Translations under genes and position numbers: made by a program | Source of the DNA: Candidatus Heimdallarchaeota archaeon | GTDB taxonomy: Archaea; Asgardarchaeota; Heimdallarchaeia; Heimdallarchaeales; Heimdallarchaeaceae | Direction: 5' to 3' | Assembly (NCBI GenBank): GCA_019057375.1 | Contig: DXJF01000112.1 | Span: forward strand, 1-64,000 | Length of the DNA: 64,000 bases | Part shown: piece after piece, positions 47,055-55,774 of the stretch | How the letters are laid out: each line of letters opens with the position of its first letter | Numbering within the stretch: the first letter of the stretch is position 1 | The notes under the pieces: model-generated | What the model saw: only the letters and a program-made list of their open reading frames with translations | Told to the model about the DNA's origin: nothing | Databases searched by the model: none

Positions 47055-47146
47055 GTATCTCCCATCTTCTTCAATTTTAAAAATATGTCGAGATAAGATT
47101 TTTTGAAAAACACAAGATTAATCAATCTTGAAAAAAAACTGATAAT

Positions 47147-47866
47147 ATGGTGGAATTTACTACACCCTTGATTATTGCTCATAGAGGTGCTTCTATAGAA
47201 GAACATGAGAATTCCATTAAAGCTTTTGAATTAGCTGTTAAACAAAAAGCCGATATGATAGAGTTGGATGCTCATTTGACTAGGGATGGTTATTTTGTTG
47301 TTTTTCATAATGACACAATTCCCTATAAAGATCAAAATATAGTAATAGCTGAATCAAATCTTGAAACTATTCAAAAATTCAAACTTCCAAATGGTGATCC
47401 TGTTCCTCTATTAGAAGATGTTCTTAAGCAATTTCTCTCGAAAATTAAATTTAATATAGAATTAAAATGTGATGTGACGAAGGAGCAATTCGATTCTCTT
47501 TTAAATGAAGTAGGTGGAGACAATTCCCAAATTCTTGTAAGTTCATTTCTTCATGAACCAATTGTAAATCTAAGAGAAAAAACTCTAGGTTATGAACTGG
47601 CTTATCTCTATATCTTCCCTATGTATCAGAACAAAAGTGTAGCTCTCAATGATTTTATTGATGCTATGAATCCTTTCTACAGATTTCTGACTAAGAAAAC
47701 TGTGAATTTTTTTCATAAGCAAGGTAAGAAAGTTTATCCTTGGACAATTAATGATGAGAAAAAAATTAGAAAATTAATTAGAAGAAATGTGGATGGAATA
47801 ATTACTGATCTCCCCAAACAAACAAGAGAAATAATATCTTTAGAGCTTGAGAAACTAAATGGTTAA
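47147..47866 (+). CDS. glpQ: Glycerophosphodiester phosphodiesterase
   Basis: IAHRGAS..EHENS, IELDAHLTRDG..VVFHN, NIELK, WTIN, GIITD. Confidence 0.93.
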   Translation: MVEFTTPLIIAHRGASIEEHENSIKAFELAVKQKADMIELDAHLTRDGYFVVFHNDTIPYKDQNIVIAESNLETIQKFKLPNGDPVPLLEDVLKQFLSKIKFNIELKCDVTKEQFDSLLNEVGGDNSQILVSSFLHEPIVNLREKTLGYELAYLYIFPMYQNKSVALNDFIDAMNPFYRFLTKKTVNFFHKQGKKVYPWTINDEKKIRKLIRRNVDGIITDLPKQTREIISLELEKLNG

Positions 47867-48597
47867 TAGTATTTTACTAAAGAGAATGAATATTCTTGCC
47901 ATTCTGCTATTTGATTAACCTTTTCAAGAAGTTCCTCTTCTTTGTTTTTCTCTACGCTAAAGATCATACTTACAATCTCAGGTGAATAACCTGATTCAAG
48001 TATTTTCTTGTAATCTGTAGGTTCTTCGATTATTTCCAATTTATAGGCTCCTTCCTTAGAAATCATTAACTCTATGATATCAGGTTTAATCCCTTCTTGG
48101 ATTTTATTATAAATTTTAACAAATTCAGTTCTTTTCTCTAATTCTTTGCTTACTCTGAGAATAGCAACATTGAACAATCCTTCATTGACTAGAACAGGAA
48201 TTAACCAGAAAGATTGGCTTGGAATAGTTAATTCTGCAATAGAACAGTCATTTTTCTTTATTTCCTCATCTAAATCTTGTACCAATTCTTTAGCTCGTTC
48301 CTCAGTTTGTTCCTCAGGAAGTAAAACAATTTCATCGATTGCAAAGATGTTTATCTCAGTTTTTTTTCCACTAACTTCTTCTTCATCTTCTTCCTCAACT
48401 TCTTTTTCTTTTAACCAGATTAGATAACCAGTAAACTTCTCCCCCGATTTTATTAGACTGATTTTAGCATTTTTATCTTCTAGAGTAGAATCAACAAACA
48501 TTTCTGTTGTGATTTCATTACCGTAGAGCGATTTTACTAGTTTTTCTAGCTCCTGGGAGGTTTTGGGATTTTTAACTTCTGTAAACATCTCTGACAC
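47863..48597 (-). CDS. Hypothetical protein with degenerate GNAT-like fold
   Basis: TGYLIW / AIDEIVLLPE.Q / AELTIP strand-helix order of GNATs, but no GxG acetyl-CoA loop. Confidence 0.5.
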   Translation of the reverse strand: MSEMFTEVKNPKTSQELEKLVKSLYGNEITTEMFVDSTLEDKNAKISLIKSGEKFTGYLIWLKEKEVEEEDEEEVSGKKTEINIFAIDEIVLLPEEQTEERAKELVQDLDEEIKKNDCSIAELTIPSQSFWLIPVLVNEGLFNVAILRVSKELEKRTEFVKIYNKIQEGIKPDIIELMISKEGAYKLEIIEEPTDYKKILESGYSPEIVSMIFSVEKNKEEELLEKVNQIAEWQEYSFSLVKYY

Positions 48598-48686
48598 GGT
48601 ATGAGCTATATCTAAATAAAACTATTCTTTTTAACGATGTTACTAATAACTGAAAAATACAAGAAAAATAAAAAGAAGGAAAAAAT

Positions 48687-49094
48687 TTATGCTGTGTGCG
48701 AAAATGTTTTTGATACTTCAGCAAACTCTAATGTAATATCATAACTGGTTCCAACGTTAAATGCTCCAACTATGTAAACCATATCGGTACCTTCTGCGGC
48801 TATCACTACGTAAATCATACTACTTCCTGTTGGCGTGTCAAGAAGTTGTACTCCTGTTAAACCAGTGACAGTTACACTCGTGATATTAAGTGATCCACCT
48901 ACGGCATCCACTTTAACTTCTATAGCTCTGTCTCCACCACCAACATCACTTGACCCTGGTGTGATAATGAGCGTTGCTTCGCTTTTAGGTTGTAACATCG
49001 GAATTACTACTAGAAACACTATAGCTGCTGCTGCTGTAACCAATGCAATCAGCAAAACTGTTGCGATTACTGGAGATACTCCTCGTTTCTTCAT
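48687..49094 (-). CDS. Archaeal type IV pilin-like protein (class III signal peptide)
   Basis: MKKRG|VSPVIATVLLIALVTAAAAIVF prepilin motif followed by a small beta-rich domain. Confidence 0.9.
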   Translation of the reverse strand: MKKRGVSPVIATVLLIALVTAAAAIVFLVVIPMLQPKSEATLIITPGSSDVGGGDRAIEVKVDAVGGSLNITSVTVTGLTGVQLLDTPTGSSMIYVVIAAEGTDMVYIVGAFNVGTSYDITLEFAEVSKTFSHTA

Positions 49095-49251
49095 TTTTTA
49101 ATTCACCCTTGATTATTATTAATCAAATCAAAATACCCAAATATTACTTAAAAAAGTAGCGATAGTCTTAACGCACTAGAATTATTTTTTAGTAGTATTA
49201 CTCAATTTTGCAGATTAACAATTATTTATATTGGAGTATGTCCTTTGTTAA

Positions 49252-49956
49252 ATGGAACAAATGGATACTATCACTAATATCATATTCAGGTCATTGACCA
49301 CAATATATGAAGGAACGATTAGTGGTAGCGATTTGCATCCAAACATATATTTTCTCGAAAATAACAAACAGAATACATACTATGGTTTCAATCTTCAAGA
49401 TGTTATTCCAACAAGATTAATTACGCGTATTTATGAAGAAGGAAAACACATCATTACAGATTTACTCTGGTTGGTAGATGACTCAAAAATAACTGGAAAA
49501 GGGCATATATCTTTTACAGAAAAATCTAACAAAATTTCTGTAGAAGGAGAACCAAAAGAATATATTAAACTATTTGAGAAAGATGCAACCGTAACTGCAT
49601 GTTATGGAGATCTCCTCACACTACCTAATTATCTAGACCTGGTTCTAACTGGATCTAGAGACTGGTCTCCAGCTAAAATACAATCTACAACTAAATTAAA
49701 CATACCAAACATTCCCACAAACTTGTACAGTTTCTCAAGAACCATCTTAGAAGCAAAAAAAGTTAAAGATGAAGATTATCAAGAACTTGTACTAGATAGC
49801 TACTTAGCTCTAATTGATTTGGTACACAGGTCACTTGAATTACTTTCTAAATATACTCAGAAGGAGAACGGAGAGATCATTTTTTGTGTTAGATGTGGTC
49901 AAGAGCTTCCTTCAAACTCATTCTACTGTCCAATATGTGGAAGTAAACAAAATTAG
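49252..49956 (+). CDS. Hypothetical protein with C-terminal zinc ribbon
   Basis: CVRCG...FYCPICG at the C-terminus. Confidence 0.7.
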   Translation: MEQMDTITNIIFRSLTTIYEGTISGSDLHPNIYFLENNKQNTYYGFNLQDVIPTRLITRIYEEGKHIITDLLWLVDDSKITGKGHISFTEKSNKISVEGEPKEYIKLFEKDATVTACYGDLLTLPNYLDLVLTGSRDWSPAKIQSTTKLNIPNIPTNLYSFSRTILEAKKVKDEDYQELVLDSYLALIDLVHRSLELLSKYTQKENGEIIFCVRCGQELPSNSFYCPICGSKQN

Positions 49957-49968
49957 TTTCAATAAAAA

Positions 49969-50322
49969 TTAAGTGTGATAAAGTATTTCTGCTCGTTCGA
50001 TTAGTTCTAAGGTATCGGTTTGATTTGCTAAATCTCTTGCATTTGGGGAGAAATTATTAGCTATTATGAACCCACCACTCAGATTCGATCTTTGAACTAA
50101 ACGTTCAATATGAATAATTTTATCTGTTCCGACACTTCTTTTCCAGTCTAAAACCCAAACACCTACTAGTAATTCTTTTATTATTATCAGAAAATCTATT
50201 GCATGTTTGGATGGTCCTGTAACAACTGATAAATCGTGAGAAAGTGTTCCGAAACTTTTTAGATATTCAAGTGACAGTTCAATCAGCGGTTTACTTCGGT
50301 CGTAATTCATTGACCACAGCAT
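49969..50322 (-). CDS. Stand-alone Mrr-like PD-(D/E)xK domain protein
   Basis: IDFLI...VLDWK..VG...GFIIANNFSPNARDLA...LELIE matches the Mrr catalytic-domain layout. Confidence 0.6.
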   Translation of the reverse strand: MLWSMNYDRSKPLIELSLEYLKSFGTLSHDLSVVTGPSKHAIDFLIIIKELLVGVWVLDWKRSVGTDKIIHIERLVQRSNLSGGFIIANNFSPNARDLANQTDTLELIERAEILYHT

Positions 50323-50365
50323 TCTAATGTCTATTAAAATATTTGTATGAAAATCCTCTTCTTAA

Positions 50366-50674
50366 TTAGATTTCAATTTCGAGATTTTTGTCGTTACATT
50401 GGATAATCCATTTGCCTTTTGTTTTAAGGGTTAAAGAAATACTTTTTCTGAAATTCTTAACAACTTGTGCTGCCATAAGATTAGGGTATCTTTTTCCATA
50501 AATTTTGATTGACACTACTTGTTTTGTTTCATCTATTGAAACTTGTTCTCTAAACATTTCCCATGCTGGATCTGGTAGATACCCCTCAATTTCTATATAA
50601 AATTTAATACCTACTTCTGGTGGAGTATGGATCAACATCCTTGTGATTGGAACAAGTCTCTGACTCTGCTTCAT
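50366..50674 (-). CDS. Hypothetical beta-rich protein
   Basis: 102-aa ORF with host-like composition; no family recognised. Confidence 0.55.
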   Translation of the reverse strand: MKQSQRLVPITRMLIHTPPEVGIKFYIEIEGYLPDPAWEMFREQVSIDETKQVVSIKIYGKRYPNLMAAQVVKNFRKSISLTLKTKGKWIIQCNDKNLEIEI

Positions 50675-50768
50675 CAGTTCTTACCTTGTAAACTAATTAA
50701 TAAACCTTGAGAACAGATAAAGAATTCAAAAGCAAATTTTTATAATATCCTTTGAATCAATAAACATA

Positions 50769-51959
50769 ATGTCTTCCTCTGATGATAAAACCCTAAAGGA
50801 AAAGATAAGTACATTTGTTAAAAAGTTTATCAGTGATATTGATGCCAAAGAAGTAGCTATTCTCATCATATTTGGTTTGATAATTTTCATGGTTTTCAAA
50901 ATGATGTTGGGAGGAATTTTTGGCTTATCTTTAGTTGTTATAGAAAATCCTTCCCCAACAAGCATGTGGCCTACTTACGATCAAGGTGATATGTTTCTTA
51001 TTTACAAGTGCTCTCCAGAGAAAATTGAGCTTGGTGACGTAATTGTTTATGTTTCAGATACCTCAAGGAATAGAGGAATTCTGATTATTCATCGTGTGGT
51101 TAATATAACTAAAGAAGACAAAGGGAATGGATTAGAGTACTTTTTCAGGGTTAGCGGGGATAATCCTAACTCAAATACTTATGTTGATAGTTACGACGGA
51201 ACAACAACACTTATTCCTTATGAAGCAGTTGTAGGAAAAACAGTGCTTCTAATAAGAAAAATTGGTTATCTTAGATTGTGGCTAGCTGATAACGCTGTTG
51301 TTAGGTATATTCTTCTAGCAGCTGTCATTCTAATAGGTGCCTATCTGATTTTATCTCCTGATAAGAAAAAGGAAGAAAAAGAGGTTGCTTCAGAGAAATT
51401 TGATGAAATGCAAAAGAAAGAGAAGAAAGAATTCAAAGTTAGAATCAAGGAATATTTCGTTACTAAATGGAAGAACACAAAGAAATGGTTTATAGAGTTA
51501 TTTATAGTTAAAAAACAAAGAATAAAACTAATTATCTTCTGTTCAATTATCTTATCATTGGTGATCTTTATACCCGTTATTGACAATTCAATCAGAACTC
51601 AGGGAATAACAACTGGAATTGATGATATTACCATCCTTTCCCCTGATTACTATCCTTTGGAAGATATGGTTTATGTTCCATTTACAATCTATTTCAAACA
51701 TGATGGCTCATGGAATCAAGTACTCAAATGTTTTACAACTGAGGGTATTCAAAATGGAACTGTTTTAGCTACATCAGCTTGGTGGTCACATTACCAAGTT
51801 GAAGGAGATAGAACGTTAGGTGGTTCCTTAGTGTTTGTGGAAAGTGAATTCAACGGTAGTCTTGCTTTGACAATAAAGATAACCTATACAATAAAACATA
51901 GGTTTGGATCTGATCTTGTCGATTTAGAATATGAAGAAACCTTTCCTCCTCCAATCTAA
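50769..51959 (+). CDS. sec11: Signal peptidase I (S26, Sec11-type Ser/His) with additional TM and C-terminal extracellular domain
   Basis: TSMWPTYDQGD (Ser), IIHRVV (His), SGDN; three TM segments. Confidence 0.85.
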   Translation: MSSSDDKTLKEKISTFVKKFISDIDAKEVAILIIFGLIIFMVFKMMLGGIFGLSLVVIENPSPTSMWPTYDQGDMFLIYKCSPEKIELGDVIVYVSDTSRNRGILIIHRVVNITKEDKGNGLEYFFRVSGDNPNSNTYVDSYDGTTTLIPYEAVVGKTVLLIRKIGYLRLWLADNAVVRYILLAAVILIGAYLILSPDKKKEEKEVASEKFDEMQKKEKKEFKVRIKEYFVTKWKNTKKWFIELFIVKKQRIKLIIFCSIILSLVIFIPVIDNSIRTQGITTGIDDITILSPDYYPLEDMVYVPFTIYFKHDGSWNQVLKCFTTEGIQNGTVLATSAWWSHYQVEGDRTLGGSLVFVESEFNGSLALTIKITYTIKHRFGSDLVDLEYEETFPPPI

Positions 51960-51984
51960 TGAAAAAAATAGAAGTAAATGAGAA

Positions 51985-52872
51985 TCATAGATTCTCTTTT
52001 ATTCGTATTGGTATTTCACTTGAAGTTCTTACTGTAGTAATTCCAGCTTCGCTTAAGATACGCATTTTTTCTTTAGCTGTTCCTGATTTTCCATGAACTA
52101 TAGCACCAGCATGCCCCATCTGTTTACCTGGGGGAGCAGTCTGCCCAGCTATAAATGCATATACAGGTTTGGTTATCTCCTTTTTGACTAAATCTGCTGC
52201 TTGTTGTTCTCCTGTTCCTCCTATTTCCCCAACAAGTATGATCTGATTGGTTTGAGGATCGTTTTCAAACAATGTCAAACATTCATTAAAACCAATACCT
52301 TTTATTGGATCTCCACCTAAACCTACACAAGTTGATTGACCAAAACCATTAACGGTTAAATTTTGTATAATCTCGTATGTGAGAGTACCACTCCTGCTCA
52401 CAATACCAACATTTCCTTTAGTGCAGATTTTTCCAGGGATGATACCAATTTTGCTTGCTTCTGGGGTAATTAATCCTGGGCAATTTGGTCCTACCATTAC
52501 TACATCATTATCTAGCGCCTTTTGCCTTATTCTTGCTGAATCTTGAACGGGAACTCCTTCAGTTATAACTGTAAGTAGATTTATTCCAGCATCTATTGCT
52601 TCCATTGCAGCAGAATAAGTAAATCTTGCAGGAATGAAAATTACAGAAGCAGTTGCCTGTGTTGCTTCAACAGCTTCTTTCATACTGTCAAAAACTGGCA
52701 CACCTAAATGCTCTTGCCCTCCTTTACCTGGAGTAACACCTGCTACAACTTTGGTACCATAACCAATCATGGATTTTGCATGGAATGTTCCTTGTTTTCC
52801 AGTAATCCCTTGCACAATAACCTTAGTATTTTCATCTAACAGAATTGCCATTTTAATTTCCTCCTTTAACAA
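51985..52872 (-). CDS. sucD: Succinyl-CoA synthetase alpha subunit (true start probably ATG at 52851)
   Basis: VIVQGITGKQG, GPNCPG, SRSGTLTYE, GLGGD, MGHAGA. Confidence 0.96.
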   Translation of the reverse strand: MLKEEIKMAILLDENTKVIVQGITGKQGTFHAKSMIGYGTKVVAGVTPGKGGQEHLGVPVFDSMKEAVEATQATASVIFIPARFTYSAAMEAIDAGINLLTVITEGVPVQDSARIRQKALDNDVVMVGPNCPGLITPEASKIGIIPGKICTKGNVGIVSRSGTLTYEIIQNLTVNGFGQSTCVGLGGDPIKGIGFNECLTLFENDPQTNQIILVGEIGGTGEQQAADLVKKEITKPVYAFIAGQTAPPGKQMGHAGAIVHGKSGTAKEKMRILSEAGITTVRTSSEIPIRIKENL

Positions 52873-54016
52873 GCTCTATAATTTTTCTTGCAGCGGGTTC
52901 CATCTCACCATATGCTTTTATTCCATTTTCCTCCAAAATACTAATACCTTCTTTATCATTGGTTCCAACTAATCTAATTACTATTGGAACTTCTATCTCA
53001 AATTTCTTTGAAGCATTAATGATTCCTTGAGCTACATCATCACATCTAGTGATTCCTGCAAAGAAGTTTACGAAAATCCCCTTGATATTTTGCCTTGAAA
53101 GAATTTCTAAAGATTTCTCAATTTTTGTTTCATCAGCTCCTCCTCCTACATCTAGGAAATTAGCAGGAGAACTACCAAAGAATTCTAGCAAATCACAGGT
53201 TGCCATTGAAAGACCTGCACCTCCAGCGATAATCCCAATCTCTCCATCAAGTTGAACATAGCTTATACCTGCTTGATCTGCTTCAAACTCTAACTCTGTG
53301 TGTCTATCTCTTTGAGATTTTAAAGATGCAATATTTGCTTGTCTAAAATCTGAATTGCCATCTATTACCACTTTAGAATCTGCTGCAATTATTTTCCTAT
53401 CAGGTGTCAATATTAATGGGTTGATCTCAACCAGAGTAAGGTCTCTTTGCTTAGCCATGTTGACCATGTTTGTCATTATGTTGGTAAAAGAAGTTAGTGT
53501 TTTTGCTTCAAAACCAAGGTTCTTACCTAGATCTATGAACATATATGAAAAAGGATCATCCCAAATCGAAAGATATTCCTTGAAAATATCATCTGGATAG
53601 TGTTCGGCAACTTCTTCAATATCTACTCCTCCACGAGAACTAGCGATAATTAGATACTTTCCAGATTCGTTGTCCAACATAACAGCAAGATAATATTCTT
53701 TTTCGATTTCCAAAGGCTCCTCCAACATAACTATTTCAACAGGTTTACCTCTGTGGTCTCTGCCTAAGATACTCTGAATGTATTCCTCAGCTTCAGCACT
53801 AGAGACTTTTTTTATCAATCCCGCTTTGCCTCTTCCCCCTGAAAGAGCTTGTGCTTTAGCCATCATTACATCACTACCAATTTCCTCAACAAACTGACTA
53901 ATACTGCTGGAATCAGTATATGCTCTGAATCGAGGAACTGGTATTTTGTTTTCTTTAAAAAGTTGTTTTCCTTCAATTTCATAAAGCATTGGCATATTGT
54001 TGAAAACTGGCATCAA
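52853..54016 (-). CDS. sucC: Succinyl-CoA synthetase beta subunit
   Basis: LYEIEGKQLF, KAQALSGGRGKAG, EINPL, GGAGLSM, PANFLDVGGG, GITRCD. Confidence 0.96.
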   Translation of the reverse strand: MMPVFNNMPMLYEIEGKQLFKENKIPVPRFRAYTDSSSISQFVEEIGSDVMMAKAQALSGGRGKAGLIKKVSSAEAEEYIQSILGRDHRGKPVEIVMLEEPLEIEKEYYLAVMLDNESGKYLIIASSRGGVDIEEVAEHYPDDIFKEYLSIWDDPFSYMFIDLGKNLGFEAKTLTSFTNIMTNMVNMAKQRDLTLVEINPLILTPDRKIIAADSKVVIDGNSDFRQANIASLKSQRDRHTELEFEADQAGISYVQLDGEIGIIAGGAGLSMATCDLLEFFGSSPANFLDVGGGADETKIEKSLEILSRQNIKGIFVNFFAGITRCDDVAQGIINASKKFEIEVPIVIRLVGTNDKEGISILEENGIKAYGEMEPAARKIIELVKGGN

Positions 54017-54105
54017 TGTCTTTTTAAGGTCTTTGAAGTGAGCTCAAAAGCTACTAGAATAAACGAGATAAGAATTTTAAATGAGATTTAAAAGAAGAGT
54101 TTAGA

Positions 54106-54417
54106 TTATTTTACCATCTCTACTCTTTTGGTTCGGGGATATGAAAGTACCCATTTCTTCCCACAATCTGGACAGCTTAATCGCAAATCAACTTTCTTTG
54201 AAGTTTTAGAAGCCATTTTTGTTTGAGTGACAGGTCTCTTGCTGTATTTACCGAGATTACCATATCCTCTCCTTCTAATCTTTTCTTTCCTTGCAGTCGC
54301 TGACATGCCTGATTTTCTTCTGGCAGTTTTTTCTTGTTTAACTTTCATAGTCTTGTGTGTGCCGCATTTTGGGCAATATTTGAACATTGTTTCAGGTATC
54401 TTAACCATATCAGTCAC
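54106..54417 (-). CDS. rpl44e: 50S ribosomal protein L44e (eL42; start probably ATG at 54408)
   Basis: YCPKCGTH...RRGYG...K..KK.DLRL.C..CGK. Confidence 0.93.
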   Translation of the reverse strand: MTDMVKIPETMFKYCPKCGTHKTMKVKQEKTARRKSGMSATARKEKIRRRGYGNLGKYSKRPVTQTKMASKTSKKVDLRLSCPDCGKKWVLSYPRTKRVEMVK

Positions 54418-54479
54418 TCACCTTATTGCTTAGACATATCTTTTTATTTGTTTCCTTTTTTGAGAAGCATTGGTTTTTG

Positions 54480-54791
54480 TTATATCTCTCTCAATGCTTG
54501 AATATCTCGTAGTTTTTGCAGAGGAATGATTTGAAAGGTTTGGTTTGGATGCATCCTTCGTATGCTTAGGGGTAAAACTTTAGCCCTTAGCTCAAATTCT
54601 GCTATAACAAGAGGCGATTTATTTTCTAATTCTTGAAGTTGGAGTAATACAGGAGCCCCCATACTTAATTGTAAAGCCCGTGCTCCTACTATGCGAGCTC
54701 TTTCGAAGCGAGTTAGTCTATCGGGACCAACCTTAACTTGTTTAGAAACGATTTCTTTATCCTCGGTGTTCCCATCTATACTCATAGCCAT
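54480..54791 (-). CDS. rpoK: DNA-directed RNA polymerase subunit K (Rpo6/omega)
   Basis: LTRFERARIVGARALQLSMGAP. Confidence 0.96.
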   Translation of the reverse strand: MAMSIDGNTEDKEIVSKQVKVGPDRLTRFERARIVGARALQLSMGAPVLLQLQELENKSPLVIAEFELRAKVLPLSIRRMHPNQTFQIIPLQKLRDIQALREI

Positions 54792-55125
54792 AACAAACCA
54801 CCAAAATATATTTTAAAGGTTACATCATTCAACCTTGGTCTTATTTTAAAAATTTTTAGATATTGGGGTATTCTGAAGTACAGTAAAATTATCTTTCGCG
54901 TGCAAAATATCTTTGAGAGCTATCGAAATTTTTTAATACCGACATTGAAGCAAAAAGACAGACAAGATTTGACTAGAAACTGTAAGTCTGGGATATTCTC
55001 GCTTGCATATCTGGAAAAACTTTAATAAGAAAATAACAGCAAATAAACCAGATAGAGTCAAGATTAAGATAAGACTTATAAAATAGATACAAAATGTAAA
55101 TTAACTTATACGGAATGACAGCTGC

Positions 55126-55692
55126 ATGAGTATGTTCGGGTCGTTTTCCTCATGGTTGAGAACTAAGCTTAAGAAAGAGCAGAAGGCTAAGATATTGATA
55201 TTAGGTTTAGATGCAGCAGGAAAAACAACTTTGACTCGTTTTATGAGATTTGGTAAATTCGCCGAAAACTTGACACCAACAATTGGGCAGAACATTGAAT
55301 CTTTTGAATTTGAAGGATGGACTATAACTGCAATAGATGTTGCTGGACAATCACATTTCAGATTTTTATGGGAAGCACATTATCCAGGATGTAGCTCAGT
55401 AATATTTGTTATTGATGCCGCTGACATCGAACGATTACCTGAAGCAAGAGATGTTCTCAAAACACATGTTTTCAATAATCCATATATGGAAAATGTTCCC
55501 ACATTAATAATGGCCAACAAGCAGGATCTTCCTGGGGCGGTAGAGGCTCCTCTATTGATCCAAATGCTTGGATTGCATCTTGATCTTAAAGATCGAACCT
55601 TTGCTGTTTTTGATACAAGTATTCTCCACGGGAAGGGAATTAAGGAAGCTTTTATCTGGTTAGTAAATGAATTGGATACTCATTTACAATAA
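55126..55692 (+). CDS. Arf/Sar-family small GTPase
   Basis: KILILGLDAAGKTT, PTIG, DVAGQ..FR.LW..HY, FVIDAAD..R, ANKQDL; N-terminal amphipathic helix. Confidence 0.93.
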   Translation: MSMFGSFSSWLRTKLKKEQKAKILILGLDAAGKTTLTRFMRFGKFAENLTPTIGQNIESFEFEGWTITAIDVAGQSHFRFLWEAHYPGCSSVIFVIDAADIERLPEARDVLKTHVFNNPYMENVPTLIMANKQDLPGAVEAPLLIQMLGLHLDLKDRTFAVFDTSILHGKGIKEAFIWLVNELDTHLQ

Positions 55693-55774
55693 AAAGTTGA
55701 CTAAGTTTCTTTCTGTTTAAATTTGTATTTAGTAATGAATTTGTCCAGAAACATTGGTATTCAAGGATAATTCT

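Noticed and set aside
54738-55025. 95-aa plus-strand ORF overlapping the rpoK start
   Set aside because: It overlaps rpoK antisense, spans the divergent rpoK/Arf promoter and has no motif.
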